A DNA stretch of 64,000 nucleotides from Eledone cirrhosa. Taxonomy: Eukaryota. The first letter of the stretch is position 1. Each line of letters begins with the position of its first letter. A model generated the notes under the pieces. It ran no database searches, had not been told where the DNA came from, and worked only from the letters and a program-made list of their open reading frames with translations. Location of the stretch: assembly GCA_964016885.1 (NCBI GenBank), contig OZ024744.1:109616001-109680000 (forward strand), in the 5' to 3' direction. This document shows positions 31,800-47,800 of this stretch, piece by piece. Position numbers and translations under genes: made by a program.

Positions 31800-34700
31800 T
31801 CAGACTGAACCAATACAGGGAACTAGAGAAATAATATCAGACTGAACAAATACAGGGAACTTGAGAAATAATATCAGACTGAACCAATACAGGGAACTAG
31901 AGAAATAATATCAGACTGAACAAATACAGGGAACTTGAGAAATAATATCAGACTGAACCAATAGAGGGAACTAGAGAAATAATATCAGACTGAACCAATA
32001 GAGGGAACTAGAGAAATAATATCAGACTGAACCAATACAGGGAACTAGAGAAATAATATCAGACTGAACCAATACAGGGAACTAGAGAAATAATATCAGA
32101 CTGAACCAATACAGGGAACTAGAGAAATAATATCAGACTGAACCAATAGAGGGAACTAGAGAAATAATATCAGACTGAACCAATACAGGGAACTAGAGAA
32201 ATAATATCAGACTGAACCAATACAGGGAAATAGAGAAATAATATCAGACTGAACCAATACAGGGAACTAGAGAAATAATATCAGACTGAACCAATACAGG
32301 GAAATAGAGAAATAATATCAGACTGAACCAATACAGGGAAATAGAGAAATAATATCAGACTGAACCAATACAGGGAACTAGAGAAATAATATCAGACTGA
32401 ACCAATACAGGAAACTAGAGAAATAATATCAGACTGAACCAATAGAGGGAACTAGAGAAATAATATCAGACTGAACCAATACAGTGAATTAGAGAAATAA
32501 TATCAGACTGAACCAATAGAGGGAACTAGAGAAATAATATCAGACTGAACCAATAGAGGGAACTAGAGAAATAATATCAGACTGAACCAATAGAGGGAAC
32601 TAGAGAAATAATATCAGACTGAACCAATAGAGGGAACTAGAGAAATAATATCAGACTGAACCAATAGAGGGAACTAGAGAAATAATATCAGACTGAACCA
32701 ATACAGTGAACTAGAGAAATAATATCAGACTGAACCAATAGAGGGAACTAGAGAAATAATATCAGACTGAACCAATAGAGGGAACTTGAGAAATAATATC
32801 AGACTGAACCAATAGAGGGAACTAGAGAAATAATATCAGACTGCACAAATACAGGGAACTAGAGAAATAATATCAGACTGAACCAATAGAGGGAACTAGA
32901 GAAATAATATCAGACTGAACCAATATAGGGAACTAGAGAAATAATATTAGACTGAACCAATACAAGGAACTAGAGAAAAAATATCAGACTGAACCAATAG
33001 AGGGAACTAGAGAAATAATATCAGACTGAACCAATACAGGGAACTAGAGAATTAATATCAGACTGAACCAATACAGGGAACTAGAGAAATAATATCAGAC
33101 TGAACCGATACAGGGAACTAGAGAAATAATATCAGACTGAACCAACAGAGGGAACTAGAGAAATAATATCAGACTGAACAAATACAGGGAACTTGAGAAA
33201 TAATATCAGACTGAACAAATACAGGGAACTAGAGAAATAATATCAGACTGAACAAATACAGGGAACTTGAGAAATAATATCAGACTGAACAAATACAGGG
33301 AACTTGAGAAATAATATCAGACTGAACAAATACAGGGAACTAGAGAAATAATATCAGACTGAACAAATACAGGGAACTTGAGAAATAATATCAGACTGAA
33401 CAAATACAGGGAACTTAAGAAATAATATCAGACTGAACAAATACAGGGAACTAGAGAAATAATATCAGACTGAACAAATACAGGGAACTAGAGAAATAAT
33501 ATCAGACTGAACCAATACAGGGAACTTAAGAAATAATATCAAACTGAACAAATACAGGGAACTTGAGAAATAATATCAGACTGAACAAATACAGGGAACT
33601 TGAGAAATAATATCAGACTGAACCAATACAGGGAACTAGAGAAATAATATCAGACTGAACAAATACAGGGAACTTGAGAAATAATATCAGACTGAACCAA
33701 TACAGGGAACTAGAGAAATAATATCAGACTGAACAAATACAGGGAACTTGAGAAATAATATCAGACTGAACCAATACAGGGAACTAGAGAAATAATATCA
33801 GACTGAACCAATATAGGGAACTAGAGAAATAATATTAGACTGAACCAATACAAGGAACTAGAGAAAAAATATCAGACTGAACCAATAGAGGGAACTAGAG
33901 AAATAATATCAGACTGAACCAATACAGGGAACTAGAGAAATAATATCAGACTGCACAAATACAGGGAACTAGAGAAATAATATCAGACTGAACCAATAGA
34001 GGGAACTAGAGAAATAATATCAGACTGAACCAATATAGGGAACTAGAGAAATAATATCAGACTGAACCAATACAGGGAACTAGAGAATTAATATCAGACT
34101 GAACCAATACAGGGAACTAGAGAAATAATATCAGACTGAACCGATACAGGGAACTAGAGAAATAATATCAGACTGAACCAACAGAGGGAACTAGAGAAAT
34201 AATATCAGACTGAACAAATACAGGGAACTTGAGAAATAATATCAGACTGAACAAATACAGGGAACTAGAGAAATAATATCAGACTGAACAAATACAGGGA
34301 ACTTGAGAAATAATATCAGACTGAACAAATACAGGGAACTTAAGAAATAATATCAGACTGAACAAATACAGGGAACTAGAGAAATAATATCAGACTGAAC
34401 AAATACAGGGAACTAGAGAAATAATATCAGACTGAACCAATACAGGGAACTTAAGAAATAATATCAAACTGAACAAATACAGGGAACTTGAGAAATAATA
34501 TCAGACTGAACAAATACAGGGAACTTGAGAAATAATATCAGACTGAACCAATACAGGGAACTAGAGAAATAATATCAGACTGAACAAATACAGGGAACTT
34601 GAGAAATAATATCAGACTGAACCAATACAGGGAACTAGAGAAATAATATCAGACTGAACAAATACAGGGAACTTGAGAAATAATATCAGACTGAACCAAT

Positions 34701-37700
34701 ACAGGGAACTAGAGAAATAATATCAGACTGAACAAATACAGGGAACTTGAGAAATAATATCAGACTGAACCAATACAGGGAACTAGAGAAATAATATCAG
34801 ACTGAACAAATACAGGGAACTTGAGAAATAATATCAGACTGAACCAATAGAGGGAACTAGAGAAATAATATCAGACTGAACCAATAGAGGGAACTAGAGA
34901 AATAATATCAGACTGAACCAATACAGGGAACTAGAGAAATAATATCAGACTGAACCAATACAGGGAACTAGAGAAATAATATCAGACTGAACCAATACAG
35001 GGAACTAGAGAAATAATATCAGACTGAACCAATAGAGGGAACTAGAGAAATAATATCAGACTGAACCAATACAGTGAATTAGAGAAATAATATCAGACTG
35101 AACCAATAGAGGGAACTAGAGAAATAATATCAGACTGAACCAATAGAGGGAACTAGAGAAATAATATCAGACTGAACAAATACAGGGAACTTGAGAAATA
35201 ATATCAGACTGAACAAATACAGGGAACTTAAGAAATAATATCAGACTGAACAAATACAGGGAACTAGAGAAATAATATCAGACTGAACAAATACAGGGAA
35301 CTTGAGAAATAATATCAGACTGAACCAATACAGGGAACTAGAGAAATAATATCAGACTGAACAAATACAGGGAACTTGAGAAATAATATCAGACTGAACC
35401 AATACAGGGAACTAGAGAAATAATATCAGACTGAACAAATACAGGGAACTTGAGAAATAATATCAGACTGAACCAATAGAGGGAACTAGAGAAATAATAT
35501 CAGACTGAACCAATAGAGGGAACTAGAGAAATAATATCAGACTGAACCAATACAGGGAACTAGAGAAATAATATCAGACTGAACCAATACAGGGAACTAG
35601 AGAAATAATATCAGACTGAACCAATACAGGGAACTAGAGAAATAATATCAGACTGAACCAATAGAGGGAACTAGAGAAATAATATCAGACTGAACCAATA
35701 CAGGGAACTAGAGAAATAATATCAGACTGAACCAATACAGGGAAATAGAGAAATAATATCAGACTGAACCAATACAGGGAACTAGAGAAATAATATCAGA
35801 CTGAACCAATACAGGGAAATAGAGAAATAATATCAGACTGAACCAATACAGGGAAATAGAGAAATAATATCAGACTGAACCAATACAGGGAACTAGAGAA
35901 ATAATATCAGACTGAACCAATACAGGAAACTAGAGAAATAATATCAGAATGAACCAATAGAGGGAACTAGAGAAATAATATCAGACTGAACCAATACAGT
36001 GAATTAGAGAAATAATATCAGACTGAACCAATAGAGGGAACTAGAGAAATAATATCAGACTGAACCAATAGAGGGAACTAGAGAAATAATATCAGACTGA
36101 ACCAATAGAGGGAACTAGAGAAATAATATCAGACTGAACCAATAGAGGGAACTAGAGAAATAATATCAGACTGAACCAATAGAGGGAACTAGAGAAATAA
36201 TATCAGACTGAACCAATACAGTGAACTAGAGAAATAATATCAGACTGAACCAATAGAGGGAACTAGAGAAATAATATCAGACTGAACCAATAGAGGGAAC
36301 TTGAGAAATAATATCAGACTGAACCAATAGAGGGAACTAGAGAAATAATATCAGACTGCACAAATACAGGGAACTAGAGAAATAATATCAGACTGAACCA
36401 ATAGAGGGAACTAGAGAAATAATATCAGACTGAACCAATATAGGGAACTAGAGAAATAATATTAGACTGAACCAATACAAGGAACTAGAGAAAAAATATC
36501 AGACTGAACCAATAGAGGGAACTAGAGAAATAATATCAGACTGAACCAATACAGGGAACTAGAGAATTAATATCAGACTGAACCAATACAGGGAACTAGA
36601 GAAATAATATCAGACTGAACCGATACAGGGAACTAGAGAAATAATATCAGACTGAACCAACAGAGGGAACTAGAGAAATAATATCAGACTGAACAAATAC
36701 AGGGAACTTGAGAAATAATATCAGACTGAACAAATACAGGGAACTAGAGAAATAATATCAGACTGAACAAATACAGGGAACTTGAGAAATAATATCAGAC
36801 TGAACAAATACAGGGAACTTGAGAAATAATATCAGACTGAACAAATACAGGGAACTAGAGAAATAATATCAGACTGAACAAATACAGGGAACTTGAGAAA
36901 TAATATCAGACTGAACAAATACAGGGAACTTAAGAAATAATATCAGACTGAACAAATACAGGGAACTAGAGAAATAATATCAGACTGAACAAATACAGGG
37001 AACTAGAGAAATAATATCAGACTGAACCAATACAGGGAACTTAAGAAATAATATCAAACTGAACAAATACAGGGAACTTGAGAAATAATATCAGACTGAA
37101 CAAATACAGGGAACTTGAGAAATAATATCAGACTGAACCAATACAGGGAACTAGAGAAATAATATCAGACTGAACAAATACAGGGAACTTGAGAAATAAT
37201 ATCAGACTGAACCAATACAGGGAACTAGAGAAATAATATCAGACTGAACAAATACAGGGAACTTGAGAAATAATATCAGACTGAACCAATACAGGGAACT
37301 AGAGAAATAATATCAGACTGAACCAATATAGGGAACTAGAGAAATAATATTAGACTGAACCAATACAAGGAACTAGAGAAAAAATATCAGACTGAACCAA
37401 TAGAGGGAACTAGAGAAATAATATCAGACTGAACCAATACAGGGAACTAGAGAAATAATATCAGACTGCACAAATACAGGGAACTAGAGAAATAATATCA
37501 GACTGAACCAATAGAGGGAACTAGAGAAATAATATCAGACTGAACCAATATAGGGAACTAGAGAAATAATATCAGACTGAACCAATACAGGGAACTAGAG
37601 AATTAATATCAGACTGAACCAATACAGGGAACTAGAGAAATAATATCAGACTGAACCGATACAGGGAACTAGAGAAATAATATCAGACTGAACCAACAGA

Positions 37701-38560
37701 GGGAACTAGAGAAATAATATCAGACTGAACAAATACAGGGAACTTGAGAAATAATATCAGACTGAACAAATACAGGGAACTAGAGAAATAATATCAGACT
37801 GAACAAATACAGGGAACTTGAGAAATAATATCAGACTGAACAAATACAGGGAACTTAAGAAATAATATCAGACTGAACAAATACAGGGAACTAGAGAAAT
37901 AATATCAGACTGAACAAATACAGGGAACTAGAGAAATAATATCAGACTGAACCAATACAGGGAACTTAAGAAATAATATCAAACTGAACAAATACAGGGA
38001 ACTTGAGAAATAATATCAGACTGAACAAATACAGGGAACTTGAGAAATAATATCAGACTGAACCAATACAGGGAACTAGAGAAATAATATCAGACTGAAC
38101 AAATACAGGGAACTTGAGAAATAATATCAGACTGAACCAATACAGGGAACTAGAGAAATAATATCAGACTGAACAAATACAGGGAACTTGAGAAATAATA
38201 TCAGACTGAACCAATACAGGGAACTAGAGAAATAATATCAGACTGAACAAATACAGGGAACTTGAGAAATAATATCAGACTGAACCAATACAGGGAACTA
38301 GAGAAATAATATCAGACTGAACAAATACAGGGAACTTGAGAAATAATATCAGACTGAACCAATAGAGGGAACTAGAGAAATAATATCAGACTGAACCAAT
38401 AGAGGGAACTAGAGAAATAATATCAGACTGAACCAATACAGGGAACTAGAGAAATAATATCAGACTGAACCAATACAGGGAACTAGAGAAATAATATCAG
38501 ACTGAACCAATACAGGGAACTAGAGAAATAATATCAGACTGAACCAATAGAGGGAACTAG
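31800..38560. repeat. Duplication of a 95-monomer block (3,515 bp)
   Basis: CCGATA markers 33107/36622 and 34143/37658 are both 3,515 bp apart (95 x 37), and the intervening variant order matches. Confidence 0.85.
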
Positions 38561-40059
38561 AGAAATAATATCAGACTGAACCAATACAGGGAACTAGAGA
38601 AATAATATCAGACTGAACCAATACAGGGAAATAGAGAAATAATATCAGACTGAACCAATACAGGGAACTAGAGAAATAATATCAGACTGAACCAATACAG
38701 GGAAATAGAGAAATAATATCAGACTGAACCAATACAGGGAAATAGAGAAATAATATCAGACTGAACCAATACAGGGAACTAGAGAAATAATATCAGACTG
38801 AACCAATACAGGAAACTAGAGAAATAATATCAGACTGAACCAATAGAGGGAACTAGAGAAATAATATCAGACTGAACCAATACAGTGAATTAGAGAAATA
38901 ATATCAGACTGAACCAATAGAGGGAACTAGAGAAATAATATCAGACTGAACCAATAGAGGGAACTAGAGAAATAATATCAGACTGAACCAATAGAGGGAA
39001 CTAGAGAAATAATATCAGACTGAACCAATAGAGGGAACTAGAGAAATAATATCAGACTGAACCAATAGAGGGAACTAGAGAAATAATATCAGACTGAACC
39101 AATACAGTGAACTAGAGAAATAATATCAGACTGAACCAATAGAGGGAACTAGAGAAATAATATCAGACTGAACCAATAGAGGGAACTTGAGAAATAATAT
39201 CAGACTGAACCAATAGAGGGAACTAGAGAAATAATATCAGACTGCACAAATACAGGGAACTAGAGAAATAATATCAGACTGAACCAATAGAGGGAACTAG
39301 AGAAATAATATCAGACTGAACCAATAGAGGGAACTAGAGAAATAATATCAGACTGAACCAATACAGGGAACTAGAGAAATAATATCAGACTGCACAAATA
39401 CAGGGAACTAGAGAAATAATATCAGACTGAACCAATACAGGGAACTAGAGAAATAATATCAGACTGAACCAATACAGGGAACTAGAGAAATAATATCAGA
39501 CTGAACCAATACAGGGAACTAGAGAAATAATATCAGACTGAACCAATACAGGGAACTAGAGAAATAATATCAGACTGAACCAATACAGGGAACTTGAGAA
39601 GTAATATCAGACTGAACCAATACAGGGAACTAGAGAAATAATATCAGACTGAACCAATACAGGGAACTAGAGAAATAATATCAGACTGAACCAATAGAGG
39701 GAACTAGAGAAATAATATCAGACTGAACCAATACAGGGAACTAGAGAAATAATATCAGACTGAACCAACAGAGGGAACTAGAGAAATAATATCAGACTGA
39801 ACCAATACAGGGAACTAGAGAAATAATATCAGGCTGAACCAATACAGGGAACTAGAGAAATAATATCAGACTGAACCAATACAGGGTACTTGAGAAATAA
39901 TATCAGACTGAACCAATATAGGGAACTAGAGAAAATATATCAGACTGAACCAATAGAGGGAACTAGAGAAATAATATCAGACTGGACCAATACAGGGAAC
40001 TAGAGAAATAATATCAGACTGAACCAATAGAGGGAACTAGAGAAATAATATCAGACTGA

Positions 40060-43000
40060 ACCAATACAGAGAACTAGAGAAATAATATCAGACTGAACCA
40101 ATACAGGGAACTAGAGAAATAATATCAGACTGAACCAATAGAGGGGACTAGAGAAATAATATCAGACTGAACCAATAGAGGGAACTAGAGAAATAATATC
40201 AGACTGAACCAATACAGGGAACTAGAGAAATAATATCAGACTGAACCAATACAGGGAACTAGAGAAATAATATCAGACTGAACCAATAGAGGGAACTAGA
40301 GAAATAATATCAGACTGAATCAATATAGGGAACTAGAGAAATAATATTAGACTGAACCAATACAAGGAACTAGAGAAAAAATATCAGACTGAACCAATAG
40401 AGGGAACTAGAGAAATAATATCAGACTGAACCAATACAGGGAACTAGAGAATTAATATCAGACTGAACCAATACAGGGAACTAGAGAAATAATATCAGAC
40501 TGAACCAATACAGGGAACTAGAGAAATAATATCAGACTGAACCAACAGAGGGAACTAGAGAAATAATATCAGGCTGAACCAATACAGGGAACTAGAGAAA
40601 TAATATCAGACTGAACCAATACAGGGAACTAGAGAATTAATATCAGACTGAACCAATACAGGGAACTAGAGAAATAATATCAGACTGAACCAATACAGGG
40701 AACTAGAGAAATAATATCAGACTGAACCAATACAGGGAACTAGAGAAATAATATCAGACTGAACCAATAGAGGGAACTAGAGAAATAATATCAGACTGAA
40801 CAAATACAGGGAACTTAAGAAATAATATCAGACTGAACAAATACAGGGAACTAGAGAAATAATATCAGACTGAACAAATACAGGGAACTAGAGAAATAAT
40901 ATCAGACTGAACCAATACAGGGAACTTAAGAAATAATATCAGACTGAACCAATAGAGGGAACTTGAGAAATAATATCAGACTGAACCAATAGAGGGAACT
41001 AGAGAAATAATATCAGACTGCACAAATACAGGGAACTAGAGAAATAATATCAGACTGAACCAATAGAGGGAACTAGAGAAATAATATCAGACTGAACCAA
41101 TATAGGGAACTAGAGAAATAATATTAGACTGAACCAATACAAGGAACTAGAGAAAAAATATCAGACTGAACCAATAGAGGGAACTAGAGAAATAATATCA
41201 GACTGAACCAATACAGGGAACTAGAGAATTAATATCAGACTGAACCAATACAGGGAACTAGAGAAATAATATCAGACTGAACCGATACAGGGAACTAGAG
41301 AAATAATATCAGACTGAACCAACAGAGGGAACTAGAGAAATAATATCAGACTGAACAAATACAGGGAACTTGAGAAATAATATCAGACTGAACAAATACA
41401 GGGAACTAGAGAAATAATATCAGACTGAACAAATACAGGGAACTTGAGAAATAATATCAGACTGAACAAATACAGGGAACTTGAGAAATAATATCAGACT
41501 GAACAAATACAGGGAACTAGAGAAATAATATCAGACTGAACAAATACAGGGAACTTGAGAAATAATATCAGACTGAACAAATACAGGGAACTTAAGAAAT
41601 AATATCAGACTGAACAAATACAGGGAACTAGAGAAATAATGTCAGACTGAACAAATACAGGGAACTAGAGAAATAATATCAGACTGAACCAATACAGGGA
41701 ACTTAAGAAATAATATCAAACTGAACAAATACAGGGAACTTGAGAAATAATATCAGACTGAACCAATACAGGGAACTAGAGAAATAATATCAGACTGAAC
41801 AAATACAGGGAACTTGAGAAATAATATCAGACTGAACCAATACAGGGAACTAGAGAAATAATATCAGACTGAACAAATACAGGGAACTTGAGAAATAATA
41901 TCAGACTGAACCAATACAGGGAACTAGAGAAATAATATCAGACTGAACCAATACAGAGAACTAGAGAAATAATATCAGACTGAACCAATACAGGGAACTA
42001 GAGAAATAATATCAGACTGAACCAATAGAGGGGACTAGAGAAATAATATCAGACTGAACCAATAGAGGGAACTAGAGAAATAATATCAGACTGAACCAAT
42101 ACAGGGAACTAGAGAAATAATATCAGACTGAACCAATACAGGGAACTAGAGAAATAATATCAGACTGAACCAATAGAGGGAACTAGAGAAATAATATCAG
42201 ACTGAATCAATATAGGGAACTAGAGAAATAATATTAGACTGAACCAATACAAGGAACTAGAGAAAAAATATCAGACTGAACCAATAGAGGGAACTAGAGA
42301 AATAATATCAGACTGAACCAATACAGGGAACTAGAGAATTAATATCAGACTGAACCAATACAGGGAACTAGAGAAATAATATCAGACTGAACCAATACAG
42401 GGAACTAGAGAAATAATATCAGACTGAACCAACAGAGGGAACTAGAGAAATAATATCAGGCTGAACCAATACAGGGAACTAGAGAAATAATATCAGACTG
42501 AACCAATACAGGGAACTAGAGAATTAATATCAGACTGAACCAATACAGGGAACTAGAGAAATAATATCAGACTGAACCAATACAGGGAACTAGAGAAATA
42601 ATATCAGACTGAACCAATACAGGGAACTAGAGAAATAATATCAGACTGAACCAATAGAGGGAACTAGAGAAATAATATCAGACTGAACAAATACAGGGAA
42701 CTTAAGAAATAATATCAGACTGAACAAATACAGGGAAGTAGAGAAATAATATCAGACTGAACAAATACAGGGAACTAGAGAAATAATATCAGACTGAACC
42801 AATACAGGGAACTTAAGAAATAATATCAGACTGAACCAATAGAGGGAACTTGAGAAATAATATCAGACTGAACCAATAGAGGGAACTAGAGAAATAATAT
42901 CAGACTGCACAAATACAGGGAACTAGAGAAATAATATCAGACTGAACCAATAGAGGGAACTAGAGAAATAATATCAGACTGAACCAATATAGGGAACTAG

Positions 43001-43830
43001 AGAAATAATATTAGACTGAACCAATACAAGGAACTAGAGAAAAAATATCAGACTGAACCAATAGAGGGAACTAGAGAAATAATATCAGACTGAACCAATA
43101 CAGGGAACTAGAGAATTAATATCAGACTGAACCAATACAGGGAACTAGAGAAATAATATCAGACTGAACCGATACAGGGAACTAGAGAAATAATATCAGA
43201 CTGAACCAACAGAGGGAACTAGAGAAATAATATCAGACTGAACAAATACAGGGAACTTGAGAAATAATATCAGACTGAACAAATACAGGGAACTAGAGAA
43301 ATAATATCAGACTGAACAAATACAGGGAACTTGAGAAATAATATCAGACTGAACAAATACAGGGAACTTGAGAAATAATATCAGACTGAACAAATACAGG
43401 GAACTAGAGAAATAATATCAGACTGAACAAATACAGGGAACTTGAGAAATAATATCAGACTGAACAAATACAGGGAACTTAAGAAATAATATCAGACTGA
43501 ACAAATACAGGGAACTAGAGAAATAATGTCAGACTGAACAAATACAGGGAACTAGAGAAATAATATCAGACTGAACCAATACAGGGAACTTAAGAAATAA
43601 TATCAAACTGAACAAATACAGGGAACTTGAGAAATAATATCAGACTGAACCAATACAGGGAACTAGAGAAATAATATCAGACTGAACAAATACAGGGAAC
43701 TTGAGAAATAATATCAGACTGAACCAATACAGGGAACTAGAGAAATAATATCAGACTGAACAAATACAGGGAACTTGAGAAATAATATCAGACTGAACCA
43801 ATACAGGGAACTAGAGAAATAATATCAGAC
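40060..43830. repeat. Tandem duplication of a 51-monomer block (1,887 bp)
   Basis: GAATCAATAT 40320/42207, CCGATA 41284/43171 and AATGTC 41641/43528 are all 1,887 bp apart (51 x 37). Confidence 0.9.
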
Positions 43831-44869
43831 TGAACCAATATAGGGAACTAGAGAAATAATATTAGACTGAACCAATACAAGGAACTAGAGAAAAAATATC
43901 AGACTGAACCAATAGAGGGAACTAGAGAAATAATATCAGACTGAACCAATACAGGGAACTAGAGAAATAATATTAGACTGAACCAATACAAGGAACTAGA
44001 GAAAAAATATCAGACTGAACCAATAGAGGGAACTAGAGAAATAATATCAGACTGAACCAATACAGGGAACTAGAGAATTAATATCAGACTGAACCAATAC
44101 AGGGAACTAGAGAAATAATATCAGACTGAACCGATACAGGGAACTAGAGAAATAATATCAGACTGAACCAACAGAGGGAACTAGAGAAATAATATCAGAC
44201 TGAACAAATACAGGGAACTTGAGAAATAATATCAGACTGAACCAATAGAGGGAACTAGAGAAATAATATCAGACTGAACCAATAGAGGGAACTAGAGAAA
44301 TAATATCAGACTGAACCAATACAGGGAACTAGAGAAATAATATCAGACTGAACCAATACAGGGAACTAGAGAAATAATATCAGACTGAACCAATACAGGG
44401 AACTAGAGAAATAATATCAGACTGAACCAATAGAGGGAACTAGAGAAATAATATCAGACTGAACCAATACAGGGAACTAGAGAAATAATATCAGACTGAA
44501 CCAATACAGGGAAATAGAGAAATAATATCAGACTGAACCAATACAGGGAACTAGAGAAATAATATCAGACTGAACCAATACAGGGAAATAGAGAAATAAT
44601 ATCAGACTGAACCAATACAGGGAAATAGAGAAATAATATCAGACTGAACCAATACAGGGAACTAGAGAAATAATATCAGACTGAACCAATACAGGAAACT
44701 AGAGAAATAATATCAGACTGAACCAATAGAGGGAACTAGAGAAATAATATCAGACTGAACCAATAGAGGGAACTAGAGAAATAATATCAGACTGAACCAA
44801 TAGAGGGAACTAGAGAAATAATATCAGACTGAACCAATAGAGGGAACTAGAGAAATAATATCAGACTGA

Positions 44870-47800
44870 ACCAATAGAGGGAACTAGAGAAATAATATCA
44901 GACTGAACCAATACAGTGAACTAGAGAAATAATATCAGACTGAACCAATAGAGGGAACTAGAGAAATAATATCAGACTGAACCAATAGAGGGAACTTGAG
45001 AAATAATATCAGACTGAACCAATAGAGGGAACTAGAGAAATAATATCAGACTGCACAAATACAGGGAACTAGAGAAATAATATCAGACTGAACCAATAGA
45101 GGGAACTAGAGAAATAATATCAGACTGAACCAATAGAGGGAACTAGAGAAATAATATCAGACTGAACCAATACAGGGAACTAGAGAAATAATATCAGACT
45201 GCACAAATACAGGGAACTAGAGAAATAATATCAGACTGAACCAATACAGGGAACTAGAGAAATAATATCAGACTGAACCAATACAGGGAACTAGAGAAAT
45301 AATATCAGACTGAACCAATACAGGGAACTAGAGAAATAATATCAGACTGAACCAATACAGGGAACTAGAGAAATAATATCAGACTGAACCAATACAGGGA
45401 ACTTGAGAAGTAATATCAGACTGAACCAATACAGGGAACTAGAGAAATAATATCAGACTGAACCAATACAGGGAACTAGAGAAATAATATCAGACTGAAC
45501 CAATAGAGGGAACTAGAGAAATAATATCAGACTGAACCAATACAGGGAACTAGAGAAATAATATCAGACTGAACCAACAGAGGGAACTAGAGAAATAATA
45601 TCAGACTGAACCAATACAGGGAACTAGAGAAATAATATCAGGCTGAACCAATACAGGGAACTAGAGAAATAATATCAGACTGAACCAATACAGGGAACTT
45701 GAGAAATAATATCAGACTGAACCAATATAGGGAACTAGAGAAAATATATCAGACTGAACCAATAGAGGGAACTAGAGAAATAATATCAGACTGGACCAAT
45801 ACAGGGAACTAGAGAAATAATATCAGACTGAACCAATAGAGGGAACTAGAGAAATAATATCAGACTGAACCAATACAGAGAACTAGAGAAATAATATCAG
45901 ACTGAACCAATACAGGGAACTAGAGAAATAATATCAGACTGAACCAATAGAGGGGACTAGAGAAATAATATCAGACTGAACCAATAGAGGGAACTAGAGA
46001 AATAATATCAGACTGAACCAATACAGGGAACTAGAGAAATAATATCAGACTGAACCAATACAGGGAACTAGAGAAATAATATCAGACTGAACCAATAGAG
46101 GGAACTAGAGAAATAATATTAGACTGAACCAATACAAGGAACTAGAGAAAAAATATCAGACTGAACCAATAGAGGGAACTAGAGAAATAATATCAGACTG
46201 AACCAATACAGGGAACTAGAGAATTAATATCAGACTGAACCAATACAGGGAACTAGAGAAATAATATCAGACTGAACCAATACAGGGAACTAGAGAAATA
46301 ATATCAGACTGAACCAACAGAGGGAACTAGAGAAATAATATCAGGCTGAACCAATACAGGGAACTAGAGAAATAATATCAGACTGAACCAATACAGGGAA
46401 CTAGAGAATTAATATCAGACTGAACCAATACAGGGAACTAGAGAAATAATATCAGACTGAACCAATACAGGGAACTAGAGAAATAATATCAGACTGAACC
46501 AATACAGGGAACTAGAGAAATAATATCAGACTGAACCAATAGAGGGAACTAGAGAAATAATATCAGACTGAACCAATACAGGGAACTAGAGAAATAATAT
46601 CAGACTGAACCAATACAGGGAACTTGAGAAATAATATCAGACTGAACAAATACAGGGAATTTGAGAAATAATATCAGACTGAACAAATACAGGGAACTTG
46701 AGAAATAATATCAGACTGAACCAATAGAGGGAACTAGAGAAATAATATCAGACTGAACCAATACAGTGAACTAGAGAAATAATATCAGACTGAACCAATA
46801 GAGGGAACTAGAGAAATAATATCAGACTGAACCAATAGAGGGAACTTGAGAAATAATATCAGACTGAACCAATAGAGGGAACTAGAGAAATAATATCAGA
46901 CTGCACAAATACAGGGAACTAGAGAAATAATATCAGACTGAACCAATAGAGGGAACTAGAGAAATAATATCAGACTGAACCAATAGAGGGAACTAGAGAA
47001 ATAATATCAGACTGAACCAATACAGGGAACTAGAGAAATAATATCAGACTGCACAAATACAGGGAACTAGAGAAATAATATCAGACTGAACCAATACAGG
47101 GAACTAGAGAAATAATATCAGACTGAACCAATACAGGGAACTAGAGAAATAATATCAGACTGAACCAATACAGGGAACTAGAGAAATAATATCAGACTGA
47201 ACCAATACAGGGAACTAGAGAAATAATATCAGACTGAACCAATACAGGGAACTTGAGAAGTAATATCAGACTGAACCAATACAGGGAACTAGAGAAATAA
47301 TATCAGACTGAACCAATACAGGGAACTAGAGAAATAATATCAGACTGAACCAATAGAGGGAACTAGAGAAATAATATCAGACTGAACCAATACAGGGAAC
47401 TAGAGAAATAATATCAGACTGAACCAACAGAGGGAACTAGAGAAATAATATCAGACTGAACCAATACAGGGAACTAGAGAAATAATATCAGGCTGAACCA
47501 ATACAGGGAACTAGAGAAATAATATCAGACTGAACCAATACAGGGAACTTGAGAAATAATATCAGACTGAACCAATATAGGGAACTAGAGAAAATATATC
47601 AGACTGAACCAATAGAGGGAACTAGAGAAATAATATCAGACTGGACCAATACAGGGAACTAGAGAAATAATATCAGACTGAACCAATAGAGGGAACTAGA
47701 GAAATAATATCAGACTGAACCAATACAGAGAACTAGAGAAATAATATCAGACTGAACCAATACAGGGAACTAGAGAAATAATATCAGACTGAACCAATAG

